From: Iphione sp. A-MEVVRFRX5
Lineage: Eukaryota
Reading direction: 5' to 3'
DNA length: 64,000 nucleotides
Assembly: GCA_976226885.1 (NCBI GenBank)
Contig: OZ320314.1
Location: 34,162,001-34,226,000 of the forward strand
The position numbers were made by a program, and so were the translations under genes. The notes beneath the pieces were generated by a model. That model worked only from the letters and a program-made list of their open reading frames with translations. It had not been told where the DNA came from and did no database searches. Numbering within the stretch: position 1 is the stretch's first letter; the number at the start of each line of letters is the position of its first letter. Below, piece after piece: positions 1-14,401 of the stretch.

Positions 1-3000
1 GTAGGTCCTGTTTAAACAAAGACGGAAGGAAGAAGAGTGTTTCTTTATTCCTCAACACAGCCAGTTGAAAGGATTGCATTCATTACTTTCCCAACAAATA
101 TAACGGAAGAAGCTCTGTGAGATATTTTCAGCTTATGCCAATGGAAAAACAGCACGTTTTAACCACACAGTAGTTTTTGTAGGCGCAGGGGGTAAACTGG
201 CACTCCTTTTGGTTGAAATACCTTCACTACACTTTCCAGACATTTTCGTACCCACCATTCTAGTGTCACCCGTTCCCTAGATGTCGAGCATTCACTCAGA
301 CAGGGTAACACGATCGCATGCTGTAACAAGTGTCTCCACTACATAAACAGCAGTGTATTAAAATTACTCGGGCAGTGGCTTGTGAGGTTCTCTCTGAACT
401 TTCCGAAAGGCCGGTCACGTTCTAACAGTTCCTCAGAAGGGACAAGCTGTATGGTGGGGAGGTGATATCAAGAGGAAAAGGGCCAGGGGGAAGCGTGACT
501 CAGGCACAGTGGTCGAGTTTGGGACGCCTACAGGAACCCGTCTTCGTGACAGGCCGCCTTGTCCCAGCGACCACCGGGGCAGTAAGTCATATGCACTTTG
601 TCTCCGGTCCCAACGCACCCTCCTATACAGAGAAGAGGATAGTTTAAGTTGTCCTTATCACGGTAGGTGAGATCTGCAGTTATTATCCCTTCCACGCTGA
701 CCAGTAGCGCATCCAAACAGTTACATCAGTTATCTATTTTGGGTAGTCTTTCTAACGTCGTGGACGAAACCGACAAAGGAAAATCAACTGGAAGTGTGTG
801 AGCACATGTTTATGAGGACTGACTTGTATACACATACACAGGTCCGTGGGCAGTTGATCCTCTTGCCCATTACACCTACTACGATGTAGTACTAGATAAC
901 AGCTCAGGGGAGTCGTAAGAATATACACCGTACATGTATATTCGTAACTGTCACATAAAGTCAACATAGGCCTATAGACACACCTTTTTATGCACATCCC
1001 CCCTCCTTTATAGTCTACGTTCCTCCTAGTATTTATGCTCACGACACAGTAGAAAAGGGTAGCTTCGAGCTTAACCTTAGCACTGAGGACAGAACTGGCG
1101 TGTGTACAGGAGGGGGGGGGGGGCAGATTCCATGGTGTCACATAGTTGAAGCGACATGGTAACATGTGTATGTGGTATAAGACAAGCGATATTCTTGTTT
1201 GCCAGGTGCCCTGTTTGTGCTGCCAGGCGTGGAGGTAATTAGTTCGCTCTCTAACACGCGGATGAATCTACGGTAGCCGTTGGTAAAGGGGGGGAGAACC
1301 GAACATATGCGTGTGTATCTGTCGGTGGGGCGTAGCGTCGGAACTGAAGGGTGTAGGTTTGCACTAAGGCCCCCAGGTAACAGGTGGTCCTTAAGGGGGA
1401 CCCTGACCACGTGGGCGCAGGCGGCCATAGTTTTGTGGGTGGGGGGGGGAGGGTAGGGGGCGGGACCACATGTCTGACGTAACCCTAGCCGCAGACACGT
1501 CACCATAGAAACAAGTGTGTACCGCACTGGTCACGACTAGGTCCGAACCACACGGTCTCTGTGTCTCTAGATATAGGTGGACTTTTAGAAAGGTGCATGT
1601 CTAAATGTCATGTCCTAGTTGGCACAGTAATGCGAAAATACCTAGAACTTTAATCCCCGGTATATCACATCTTTCTTTCGACACAGTAAACGTGCAGAAA
1701 AAAAATTATTTAACCGCTTGTGTACATGTGTGTATATTTGATTCAATCATCAAACCAAGGCTGTATAGCAGCACTATAATATTTAACTTAGGCTTCGAAA
1801 ACAAATCGCACATGCCTTAAAAATGAAAAAAAGATTGTAAAAGCAAAGCGATGTATCTGGGTAATCATTTTAACAAAGTTGCGGGTTTAATTTCGCATGC
1901 AATGTGTCTAGACAATAGGTCAGCTACTCAGGGCTTGACATTTTCATGCAAGTAAGTAAATACTGTGACCCAGGACAACTAAACATGCAACAGAATTGTA
2001 CAGACTTTTCCCCCCATACATGTACATGTAGTTAGGAGGTTTTGTATCATCATGCTATTGATGTCGAACCAGTCATCGCTGTGGTTTGAATGGTATATGA
2101 CTAATGCAACAATAAACACAACAATAGCGACAACGGTAACAGATTGCTGATTGGTGCGGAAACGTGTGTAGCAGGTAGACTTAAACGGCATCCGCCAAGA
2201 GATGGGTTCAGGTTTACGAGAGGGATGACCAGAGGCGGGGCAACCTGTCAACATTATGGAACAGTGCAGACGCTGAGCGACAACACAGGTGATGACTGGA
2301 GGGGTAAGTATCCAGAGCAACTCACGAGCCATGTTCACCAGATAGTGGCTATGCTTGCGGCACGCGATACATAGGGTAAAACTATGCCCCCCCCCCTCAC
2401 CCACATCAGCACAACACCTCCCCGCCCTGTAACCTCTCCGAGGTAGCGTGTACATAATTAACATTAGTGCAGTGACAGCCAGTGACCCACTCACCAGATG
2501 GTTCAAACCGCCAGACATCAAGTTAAAAAAACATCATCGCTTCATTACACGCACACTTAGAAATTGCATATACATTACCCGGGCTACATGGCAGTGAGTG
2601 ATATTTCAGGTGTTGGAGGGTAACGCTTGTTATCTCGCTTATACAATACGCTCCTAGTTTCTACGTATATGTGTACCTATGTATTCATTGACACTGTCTT
2701 TGTGTCCTATGGATGTGCTCATTGGAAGATTAATATGCACACGCATTGCGTGTCAATAGAGAGCTCAGATAAACGTTTGTCTGCGTGGCTTGTTTAGGAT
2801 GGACGGAATAATATCATGGTAATCACGGACCCTGATTAATAATGATGTCATTTCAGTATTTAAAACCACACGCAGCCCGAGACAATCTGCGCCAGCAATA
2901 GATATGCAGAACGATAACCGAAGTAAAAAGAACAGGAGGGATTGTGGCGGGGGGGGGGGAAGCGAAAAATATGTACATGTAGCTATAAATTGTATTTATG

Positions 3001-6000
3001 TGTTCATGAACTTCCCGGCTAGATGTCCCAAAGATGCCAATCTCAAAGAGCAATTCTCTGATGCTTAATAGTACATGTATAGATGCATACATATTGGTTG
3101 ATAATGCCTTCTTTGAGTGTGATCAAAGAGGCATAATCATCGACGGTACGCCCCCCCCCCCCGTACGCAGGAAATAAGCTGAAGTCCGTATGAAGCATCC
3201 GTCAGAAACTTCCATACTTTCTGGGAGTTTTCTGATTTTAAAAGTACATGTAACTATAGATATATACAAATACATGTATATATACATGTATATATATGAA
3301 GAATCCATATTTAAAAGGTTTCACATAATATTTGCTTAATCAATCTGGAAGACAGACGCACTCCAAGTCAAGAGCGTGCATATTCACATGCACACGTATA
3401 GTAACATCAAGTATAATCGATGGGGAATAGAACATACTGATTGGATACAAATGTGGGACCACTTAAGCGTTCCCCAGACAAGAGTCGATGGATGTTTCAT
3501 TTGTCTTGTGAGCCGCCTCGGCCGTTCTGTATATGATGCTGAGACTGTAGAGGTCGTGGGAGGTTCCTAGGGCTAACACGCTCGGCACGAACCGGCCGCC
3601 CAGGGCAAACGGGGGGTGGAGGGTGGGGGGTCGCTAGGGGGCGGCTACGAGCTGGAGGAATGGGCATCTCCCGAAAGCTAATCGGTAGCACATGGTGGCC
3701 TTGGATTGCGACTGATTAAGCACACCTGGTAGCAGGGTTCATCATGAACTCATTACTGCTTCGGTGACACATTGCGCCCTCGGCGTACTTACCGCCTGCA
3801 AGCATCATCCCTTCAACTACAGAAAAACAATAGCCCATCTTCAGATCAGGACCATTGATGCACGAGGTGTCTGGTCTAAACTACGGTTGAACATCAGAAT
3901 CGGGACCACAGGCGTGGAACGCCAGTAGGCCCCTACGTCTGGGGGGGAGGGCGGAATTCCATCCCCGGGGCGTAGACATGCGCTTGTATTTTATGTTTGT
4001 GGATGGTGGGGTAGGACGGATGGAGTGTAGGGGTTGGCACCGTGCCCTAATCTAGTTATATCTATTCCCTATTTATATCACCAACGTCCTGCTTGTCTCG
4101 GCGTCGGCGCCGCCTCCTCGTCTGCCCGTCACTAATGCCGAGAGGTCGATCCTGGAACTGATCAGCCGTGCGGAGTGACGCGGAAGACCTCTGCAAAACC
4201 TCCGTAGCAGGGGTTTTAGGGTGCATGCCGTCTGTGAGCAGGTATTTATCCCTCATCTGCCACGTCCCATTATTCTCTCTTCTTTTACTCCATTCCGCCC
4301 CCCCCTACCCGCCCCCCCCCGACTTCCACGGCACTCACGGTCAGGCAAATTAGCCGTAGCCTATAGACTATGGAGTCCAGACACAGCCACGAAGTCGTTG
4401 GGCCCAGCGGTTTGTGTGTACGTGTACCTTCCACGGGACGACGCGCGACTGCATGGCTGGTGGAAAGACCCCTCTATCCTCACATCTGGTCAAGATGTTA
4501 TCCATTTCCTCCACGTGGGCTTTCCTCGTATAAATTCCAAGGTCACTCATCGATTGCTCTTTTCTATAATACGATCACTATAAGAACGCATTCTGGAGGG
4601 GTCCTGAAAGACATCATCGGCCCTGGTAGAAAATTTGGTTCATTCTTCTTCCTTTTTTGTCCATCTGTCTAGCTTAGTTCCGTGCCTCCCAAGGTAGAAG
4701 GGGGATAGAGATGAAGGGTTGTGATTGGGACTGGGCGATAAATGAGGACTTGGAACCACACGACTGCTTGTCAGAGCTGTCACGCCACATCAGAAGAAGT
4801 AGGCCAGCGGCCCATACACGGTGCAACTTCTAGGAAGAAGAGAATGGTAACCCGCTCCCCGTAAACACATGTATCCTCAGCAGATTACAGCTTCTCTTGG
4901 AAACTTAGGTAAATTCTGATTAGGAACATTCCCCAGACTCATTCATGCAAGTGTACGTTTATATGTAGATAAGGGTTTCTTTTTATAAGGATTACTTTAA
5001 CAAGTCTTCTCATATTCCATAAATTTCCTGGAAAACATCATTTAACGGTTATACATAGGAAAGGTATGTCTTGTAGAGAGAGAGAGAGGGGGGGGGGGCT
5101 TGTTTTCAGATGGAGCAAAGCGCCAGCATCATGTTTAGTTTTAGAAACAACTCAACCTGGTACCGTCAGATGTCACTAAGATTGGGCATAGTGTTAGATT
5201 CAAGCCTCCACACCCGACAGAGATATACCGGCAGCTCTAGAAAAAAATTAACACGTCTAGGGCCGAGGTTGTACCATACAACTGTACGGTAGGAGGTAGA
5301 AATTCTAGTGGCAATGGATAACGTTATGACTCCCCTTGAATACTTTTATACTTCGGTAGATGATCGACTTTTTGCTGATCCACGAAGAAAACTTTATGCA
5401 GTCCGCAACATTTGCCTCTATCCGGGATAAACCCTGCCGAAAAGTTTCAGTAAATACGCGTATCAGAGGAGCCAGAAGAGAGGGTTTGGTCCTGCCCCGG
5501 GCGATGTTTGGTGTACCTATATCGTTTGAGATTGGTAGCAACAGACAGACGCTCCTCCCCTCTCGTGGCATCCCGCAGCTGCCAAGTCAGGTTCCCAACT
5601 AAGATCGTCTGCCCAATATAAATGACCGACAACTAGGTCAGGTAGACGCTACGTAGATGAAATGCCAGGGATGTGTTTTTTCAGACTAATTATTATCATT
5701 TCTATTTTCAGTTACATGTTTGAAAGCAGGCAAACGTGAAATTCTTAAAGAAGAACGTTAGACCGTAAAACAGTTACGTTATCTTGCTGAAATGAAGGAT
5801 ACTGTTGCATTCACTTTCCTCTATCTCGGCAAGTATTTGGATGCGAACGATCCCAAATAAAGGACCTTGTCTGTCTGTAGTGTAATATGAGGGATGGAGC
5901 GTGTGTATTGGTTGGGGGGGGACTCCATTCATGCACGCCATCAATAATACATGAACGCGGTACACCAGGGGATTGCTTGGGGTCTGCGCTTCGTGTAATA

Positions 6001-7328
6001 CGGCACACATGTGTCCACACACGGAGAGGCTTCCGCGCCGGCCCGATCGGCGCAGAGACGTTGATTTCTTAGTCATGCCGAGAAGGAGTTCGGGGTGCTG
6101 GCAAAGATCAGCGCGACAAGAATCGTCCTAATGAAGCCATAATTGGCGGGAGACTGGCGTGCGCACGCCGCCTCTCCCTGAAGATCAATTTATCATATTT
6201 ACGTCAATCAGGGTGGCGGGCGGGAATCGTTCGGCCCTGATTGATAAGGGCCGCCTCCCTATTCCTCATCAACAACTCGCCGATAGCTTTCAGATTAAGC
6301 TTCACTCAATAAGACCTGGGGTCAGCTAATCAGCTGCCGTCCTCCCCCGTCTAGGTTGTCATATACGCCTTCAGTATTCCAATGTGCACGGGAATGTGTT
6401 GCTTTCCACGCTTGGCGATGAGAACGGCCTGCAAGCGCAAGGTTACCTCCAGTACTTATGCCCAGATTGGCCGGATAGACAGATTAGGCAAAAGGCAATG
6501 AGAGGACAGAGGAAAGAGATCAGACACCGTACGTCTATTTCTTCTTGCCGTTCTCCGGTTACTATTCGAGTTCCTTGGCTGGGATACACTGACTAAAATG
6601 ACCACGTAGGCTAGCCTGCGACAGAAAATTTCCCTCGAGACTCCTGTTTCATTAAAAAAACAACAACAATAACAAAAAAAAAACAATACCCAACGGTAGT
6701 CGTCATTGTCAGTCTAGACAAGGGGGCACCATGATCATTTATATTGAAATGTATGAAAACCGCCAAGCCAGATGTGTCTTCATAGTAACTGACCCAAAAT
6801 AGTTATACATGTAGAACATGTATTGACATCATATGTACAGTGTAAAGGAGACAAGAATGTGCGTGTTATTTTTATTCGATGTATGACAACGACTATACAT
6901 GTATACCTCAGGTGACAACTAATAATAAATGCAACTACGTATTCAATTTTCTATGCTAAACAGATCACTTGAAGGTTCATACTCATCACATGCAAGTCCA
7001 TACGCAGCCCATTTCTTGAACTACACGTCTTACCACATGTCAGCTAGTCATTTTTTGCTCCTCGTTTAGTTTTTTTTTCAGAACCAATGCACCTCTAAAT
7101 CTAAATATACCGACGGCTTGCCAAAGGGCATACTCGCAAAAACGCATGCTCCGTGTTTGGCACCGTAGACCCACCTCTATACACGCCTACCATCTCGATG
7201 GGGCAGATTAGAAAGGACCCCGTTTGGATGACGGGATGAAGGACTTGAAGAAGGTGGTGCGGGGGGGCGGGGGCTTATCTCCGTGTGAGCAGCTCAGGGA
7301 GAGAGGGTGTCGTGGCATGGCGACGTCT

Positions 7329-7342
7329 GCTGCCATAGCAAC
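7329..7342 (+). promoter_or_regulatory. RFX X-box-like motif
   Basis: GCTGCCATAGCAAC, one mismatch from GTTGCCATAGCAAC; a related GCTGTCATAGCAAC lies at 34950-34963. Confidence 0.3.
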
Positions 7343-8977
7343 GCAACCCTATGACCCCAAACTAAAACGAGGGATGCCCCGTTCCCCCAGCCAATCCTGA
7401 CTCATTCGGGGGCATATGCCTGGAATGGTGGCATACTTTCGATAAGATTTGAGGGCACTGGTGTGTAGCCTTTCGCCCGTGCGCCCAAAGACGTGGGAGT
7501 CCTACTTCCGGTGGATGGAAAGTATCTTCGGAAACATAATTGCTCACAGGTAGACTGAGTTAAAACTAAATAACCCCCTCCCCCCCGTCGGCCAGGGCTA
7601 AAAATAAAACTTTCCGCTGGCAAATTTGAATGCAGCAGAGCCGAACACGGATTCTCTGATCTGCCACTAAGTCAATGACTGCATTTGATTTTCAAACGGG
7701 CCTCTAGTGGAGCTCTATGTGATTCTGTTTAATTGTGCTCAGCCCTTGGCATGCAATAGGCCGTATATCCTGCATGTTTTTGCGGGTCAGGCTGACGGGG
7801 TCGGTCAAAGCCTTCCTCTGCTCGAGCCCATCATTCATCAGCAGTCGGGACTCCTGCCGCGCTCTTCTGTGGGATCCTGGACCCACGGTACTCCAGGTGG
7901 ATCCTTCCAGACGACTCCTCCCAGTAGTTAACCGCCTCCATGGTTACCTATGTAGGCCAATATGCAGTCAATACTGCCTCGGCAACCCCAAGCATATACT
8001 CCTCAGTCGAACCAAGGTATAGACATACCTCAGAGGGTATTATATAATGGAGTGTTGCTGTTGATTAAAGATACGCCGGTTGATGCTAATTAGATCAGGG
8101 CTTTTTGATCTTAAAAACAGTTCCTCGAAGGTGATGATTTCACGTCTTCAGAATTATACATCTACCGTCCCCTAATAAAGAGACTTTTCATTTGAACAAC
8201 GCGTTTCAGGGGGTTAGCAAGCCCCTTTGTATAGCCGAGCAAGTCAGTCGACATTCGGGGTGAGACACCGAAGCAGACGCTGCCATCTCCATCGAGGCCG
8301 GTCTGCATCTACTGATCTTTTGTAAAACAACTTCCCTAACCTTTATCTTTCAAGCCTTGTCTCCTCTAGTTTGAATAATCATGGGAGACCCACAGTGGGA
8401 GCTTCGTTTGTTTCACGCTCAGGTAACGCTGCCGTTTATTAGGTTTACACTTATTCGAGCAGGAACCCTGCAGCCTTTCTACAACCTTCAACATTTGCGC
8501 TCTCGTCGGGTATTTACAGGCAAGGTACCCTCAAATGCTTCTAAAGCATGATATCCAGGTGTGCCCTGAACGGACTCTTAACATACAGCGAACCGCACTC
8601 GCGGGACCGACGAAGATCAGAGAGGGCGCGTAGGCGTAAACTTCCCGGTGTCAAATATAGAATCAAATTAAGCTATGTCAGACTGTCTGTAGGAGTTCCC
8701 TCGAAGTTGAAATGTGATAGGTTATACATGCTTTATCGTAGTTGATATATTATTGGTGTACCGAGGTGTGGAGGGGGTGAGGGGTGAAATTTTGCTGAGC
8801 TTTGGGGAAACTCGCTTGTTTGCGCCGAGGGTGTTCCTAAAATTGCTGCGACGTATTTTTCTTGGGGATAATGTCAGGTGACGGGTTCAAGTGATGAGCC
8901 CACCTGGCCCACGTCATTCGCTATCTGACAGCAATCAAGGCTCCACTGGGCTTCTATCAACCGTCTTCTTGACGCTC

Positions 8978-9352
8978 CTAGAAACTGAAACCTTTGATGC
9001 TCATGCCAGTGGATCGAATTCAAGCAGAAGTAACTCAGAGTGACGACGGACGGACGCCCTGTTCATTTACACGCATAAACACTAAACAGGGAAAGAAAAA
9101 CAATGCCATTCCCTGTCATTTCTTATCAAATTTCGGACGTACCCATAACAAACTAAAAGAGATGGGAGAAACTTTAGTTTTTAATAGTAAACTGCATCAT
9201 CTTTCCCAATATATTAAGTTAGCTAACGCGGATGTCATGAGGTTCTTCCTCACCTGAGATATTTTTACTCCGCAAAAAAAGGGGGGGGGGCGGTCTGTCA
9301 ACAAGCAGAACTTTTATACAAACAGGCCTTGATAGCTCTTCTAGAAACTGAA
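8978..9352. repeat. 12-bp direct repeat flanking about 350 bp (possible old target-site duplication)
   Basis: CTAGAAACTGAA at 8978-8989 and 9341-9352, with partial similarity in the flanks. Confidence 0.3.
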
Positions 9353-12300
9353 TACCATGACGTTTCTTCCGCTTTCCCTTTTCCTTCTACATTCTCGACA
9401 CATTGAAGTGATGGGGCTACATGGCCTGCCATGGCCTCAGCCCGACAGACCCCGTCGTTCGATGATAGATGTGATGTTCATTAGTTTTGTAGGCCAACGC
9501 CAGTTGCCGCTCCAGTCGCTGTCATCTGGAGGGCGCCACTCGCGCATGGCTCAGGCGCGGGTCGGCCGCTGTTGCTACTTCGTTGTTGAACCCTTTGCGC
9601 TATCGAGCTACCTGCGCTGCTTGGGTGCTTATGTCAACAGCAGCTTGGTTCCAGTCGTGCTATTACCCAGCGACTATCATCAGGTCCAAGTTGGTAATGT
9701 ACTGGCCTCAAGTACTTCTCTCTGTGCCGGACCGCTCCGTCTGTTCAAGAGACTCGAGCCACACGGCTCTCCAAAAGATGCCCCCACCCCTCCTGCCTTC
9801 TGACCTTGTTGAACCAGAGTGCCTCTGTTTGTAGCACGAAGCACAGGATTAAATAGGGACCGTGAGCGGTCTACTTGGTTATTATCGGGAGCTCGAGTAG
9901 TGGCGAGATAGGTGATCCATGCCTGCGTCTGCAATCGAGACGCAAACGCGAGTGGAGGAGAGTAAGACGCCTATAAAGTCTCCATGATGAATATCACAAG
10001 CCCAGCCGTCTACCATCTGGAACCTGTGCCTCAAAAAAAGCCTTCTCCCAATGGACTTCTCCAGTGTAATATATTCGAGAGATGAAAACATAACACAGTG
10101 AAAAAAGATATAAAAGTAACCGCAATAAAGTAACCGACGTGCTATACATCTTTGTTGGGTGTTTCTTTTAACGTTCTTTCGGGTTCTAAATTTAGTTCTG
10201 GGAAATTTATAGTACGCGGCACAATTAGCGTACGGTAACAGTAAGGAGGCACATGTTCGGTTGCTCCTTGTAATTTTCACCTAATTATTCATATGTTTAT
10301 TAGATACTAAAATTGAACCTTGGAAGTCTCTCTGGACAATATGATTTCTTCAAGGACACTGCTTGGCACGAGAGGGTGCCATTTTCTTTTTCTTTTTAGT
10401 GTTCAGTGGGGCATCGTTTTCTACTCTAGCACCAATCTGAGGTGGCAGGGGCTGGTTTTATTGTGTGGCCCAGAGCTAACAGGAGTCATCCTCCCGATAA
10501 GGCAGGAACCGGGCTCTTGTCCGCCCGATCGGGTCGTCAGCGGTCAGAGAAGTCGCGCCCCGGGGTCCTCCCGAACTGCTCGGGGCCACCTGGCCGCTCG
10601 AGTAACTCAGGGCAAAACATGGTACCCTAGGGAAGGCCTGGCTCCTCGTAATGAAATTACCTGCTCAATTTTACAGCTCGCCGCTGTCGGGTTGGGTCTA
10701 AGTTGGGGCCGCCATTACAAGGTGTGTCGGAGGCAGGGCACACGTCTTTATGGCCCGTAGCTTTTTCAGCTCGGACAAACCGTCAACGGTTATGTCGCCA
10801 TAATGGCTTCTAAACCTGCTATCCGCAGCCCAGGCGGCGACCGGTCGAGCATTGCCAAACGGGCGCATGCGCCGCCTATCCATCGCCAGGCGTCATAACT
10901 CTACCACAGGTGGATCATAACCTTTCCCTTTATCGTCACCCACCTTCCTCGCACCCTTTTGGTGCACATTTCATTGATGCCAGCTAACTTTGAGCCTTCT
11001 CTCTCTCAGCCTCAGGATCTCCAGGAGGTTTGCAGTTCGGTCGACCGGCCTACTGCTCTTGTCAGTGCAAATCTTGGGGACTTCTTGCGGTCATTTCGAG
11101 AAGTCTTTGATCACTCGTCCAACAAACCCAATTAATCATATCAATCACTGGACAATCTCCTCCTTTCAGAGGTGATGCCCTCACTAGCGAGCCTACGAGT
11201 ACATCCCTTTCTTTCAAGTTCATGTTAGGTGAAAAGGTTCAACGATTTCTCCTTCAAAGTAAGTTCAAGCACCTGTCCTTGACGGAGATGAGGGTTTCGA
11301 TCATTCCTTCCCAACAGCTATCGGTTAAACAAACCATGACGCAAAGACCTGCATTTCCAGCATGCCGCTTGTTCAAGATTCCGTCTCGGAATCCGACTCG
11401 AAATTCCGCGAATCCAAATGTACCTGCTTATCTTACAGGACTTCCTAACGAACCCTTTGATGTCTGAAACGTGAAAGTTTGACGGCTACCATGAAAGCCA
11501 GAGTAGTAGAGAAGCGGTCCTGATCCACATTTTAAGTGGGCAGAAACCTGAGTACCCCGGAGCAAATATAAACCGCCCGGAGAGGATTTGAATAAATATA
11601 CACAAGGCAGACTACATGTGCGGTTAGGATACTTGCAGAGTAAAATGAAAATCTAACACAAGAAAGAACGTATTTGAAAATCTGAGCCTTTGCCGGTTTT
11701 TTTTCCACAAAAAGGATAATAAGGATTAGAAGGGTCGTAGATTAAGTAATGCTATCTGGCCCGCGCACACCGAGTGCATACGATCTCATGAAATGACCAG
11801 ATTGATAATCAAGAGACCAGCTTTATACTGTCAAACAACACGCGCCCACACTGCAGCTGCTAGGGTGCACGTGTCCACCTCAAGTAAGGCGCACCATGTG
11901 TGAAACAGCTTCTCCAGGGATTCCTCCCTCGCCACTTGGGACCTATCCCCCGCATCCTTCGATGCACACTTCTTCGCCTCCTCTTGCTCTCGCCTCTGGT
12001 CGGCCCATTCCTCCTCGGTCCCGTCTGGAGGAAGCGCTCAGTCATTGGGTACGGCTCCGAGACCCCCCAGAGGCTGCGCCAATCACCACGGCGCCCAAAC
12101 AAACCTGACACCAGGAGCACGGGGCCGCGAGCAGCTCTTACCAATCTCACCCAGCCCTTACCCTCACTCTGCTCTCTGCCAGGTACCACATACCCGGGCC
12201 GCTCTGAGGTAAGAATTAACTTTCAAATGTTCGCAGTTTGTACACTTTCAAAAGCCTACCGTTAATCGCACCCGCTGAACTGCTAACGCAAGAGATTTAG

Positions 12301-14198
12301 ACAGATCCAGAAGGGTCATTAACCGCGGTTTCTCTCTGAGATAACTGGCGAGTAATACTTACATAAGCTAGCAAATAGCGTGGCTAGAGGTTTCTGCAGG
12401 TAATATGAGATGTCTACGCTTACTTCAGCAGAGAATATACACTTATAGTACCCGTGTTTGTAACCAAGGGTTGGTAAATTACTTTAGTGCCAGCGAGGCA
12501 CACTCGGGGCTTGCATTTACGTGACTCATACGAGTAGCTCACTGGCAACGGTAGGACCTCCGTTTCTCTAGTTGCGGTAAATGTGTGATGATCGAGGCAG
12601 CTGCTAGCATATGCCTAATTCTTGGAGGAAGGCGCTCGTCGAGCAGCCGCCCGTCAAGTATGCCGGGTTGCACGCCCCCCATACACGCCCCGTAGGGGTC
12701 AGGAACTGCTCGGAGGGATCGGCCCGCCTCTCGGGACGCGCGTCGCCGCCACCAGCTGTTCAGCACGAAGCTCGACCATAGCGTGCTTGGCGGTGCCCCG
12801 CCGCCTCCTGGAACTTCTGGGAAAGCTAGCCGTCGTCCTTCGTTACCTCACATCAGATGAAGGCGCACGCCGTCTATGTCGCAACTCACTACCCCCTGGC
12901 GGTGATGTGGGGCATACCTAGACTGCCACACGAGGTCGCGGCGCTTGCCCACGCACAGCTCCCCGACCTCCTGCCTGCCCCGCCCCATCCCCCCCACCCC
13001 ACCCCCTTCTGTGTGCCGAGGGGTAGGCAAATAGGCAGGGTAATAAAACTTCCCAACTTCGCTAGCCCGATCCTTTCGCCTCACCTGGTCCCGACCCAAG
13101 CGCGATTCAAGCAGGTCCCACATCTCATTAAGACTGTCCTCGGTTCCGAGCTCGAGTCTGTTGGACCAGCTCGTGAAGGATTCCCCCGCCCACCAGCGCT
13201 GCAGCCAGCTGCCAACAGATACCAACAGATGGGACTGGCAACATTTAACTCGACGGCAGCGCGAACCCTTCAGTAGCCTGCAAATCTAAGGCAAGGTGCG
13301 TCTGCACCAGCCAGTCACACAGCAAAATGGCGCAAGACTGTCAAGTGCCAGTAGCATGATGCCTGACCGAAAGATCCTTGCAGTCTAGACAAGCTGGTTT
13401 ATAACGAAGGGTCGGATTATTCTATCAGCGCCTGGAGTCGAAAATCATATGCAGCCGGCGACCACTGTAAATCTCAATAAAAAAGCACATAGTGTATTGC
13501 TTGGTGGGTAGCATTCTTTGTAGCAGCCAAGAACTATGGCCAAACTGACTACCTGAGCAACTACAAACCTAAAAACGTTTCCTAAAACATGTTACTAAAG
13601 CATCTTTGACGTGCGTCTTCTCATGTGTATAGCATGTACTAGTTACACAGAATCCCCAGTCAACTTTCCAAGCACAATATGAAAATGTAAAAGATTATTT
13701 GTAAGCTTATATTTTTAACCAGAAGAGCAGATTCTTGTGGATTCAGCCATCTGTAAACCAGAATATCTTTCATACATCCACATACACCACGTTATACCTT
13801 CAGTGCCATCAAAGTGTTGTACCGTTCCCATTTATAAGAAAATAGCGTAAACATGGCACGTACAAATATAACTTTTCCACGGTAGTTCAAAAACATGAAA
13901 AAGATAACGAAACGTGCACCCTATCAAACTATTCCGAAAATGTAATCATGTTGGTACACATTTGAGGCTGTTATCACCGCACATACATCACAGGCGACAG
14001 GAAACTCGATTTTTTTCGTTAATAATGCTTCTCTGGTTATCATAAGCAAAACTATCTGACCTCTCCAACTAATGATTAATGCTTCTGCCAGGAGAATCTG
14101 TTCGATCTTGAAACTGTTCACGCTATCCGTCTCCTCCTCCTCCTCTTGACATCCACACAATAGTGAAAGTTTCTCCAGTCCCTCATGATTCGACTTAC

Positions 14199-14401
14199 CG
14201 GCGGCCGGTCCCTGCCTTCACGGCGTCACGATTGAATGAAGTGTTGGCATAGGAGAAATCCTCAGCATTCGCTGTCAATAGCTTCGGGAAGATGGCCTGT
14301 CGGTCGAATCGGCTCAAGTCTTCGTATATGTTGCCGTACATGAACCCATTCATCATTGTCGAATGCGCGTGGATATCGATGTAAAAGTCCAGCTCCATCT
14401 T
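14199..14401 (-). CDS. AGBL4: AGBL4 exon 9 (KMELDFYIDIHAHSTMMNGFMYGNIYED...NRDAVKAGTGRR)
   Basis: tttactttatag| acceptor, CG|gtaagt donor, 203 nt; HAHS motif. Confidence 0.96.

Noticed and set aside
1258-1287. Minus-strand FTNGYRRFIR resembling Ty3/gypsy RT thumb (F.NFYRRFI), and plus-strand FREVFDH (11094-11114) resembling a gypsy gag word
   Set aside because: Isolated short words on opposite strands 10 kb apart, with no YxDD, integrase, LTR or PBS. Not enough to call a retroelement.
1979-2521. 180-aa minus-strand ORF with a hydrophobic stretch
   Set aside because: No family motif or splice support; the hydrophobic stretch comes from a CAA-rich low-complexity run on the plus strand.
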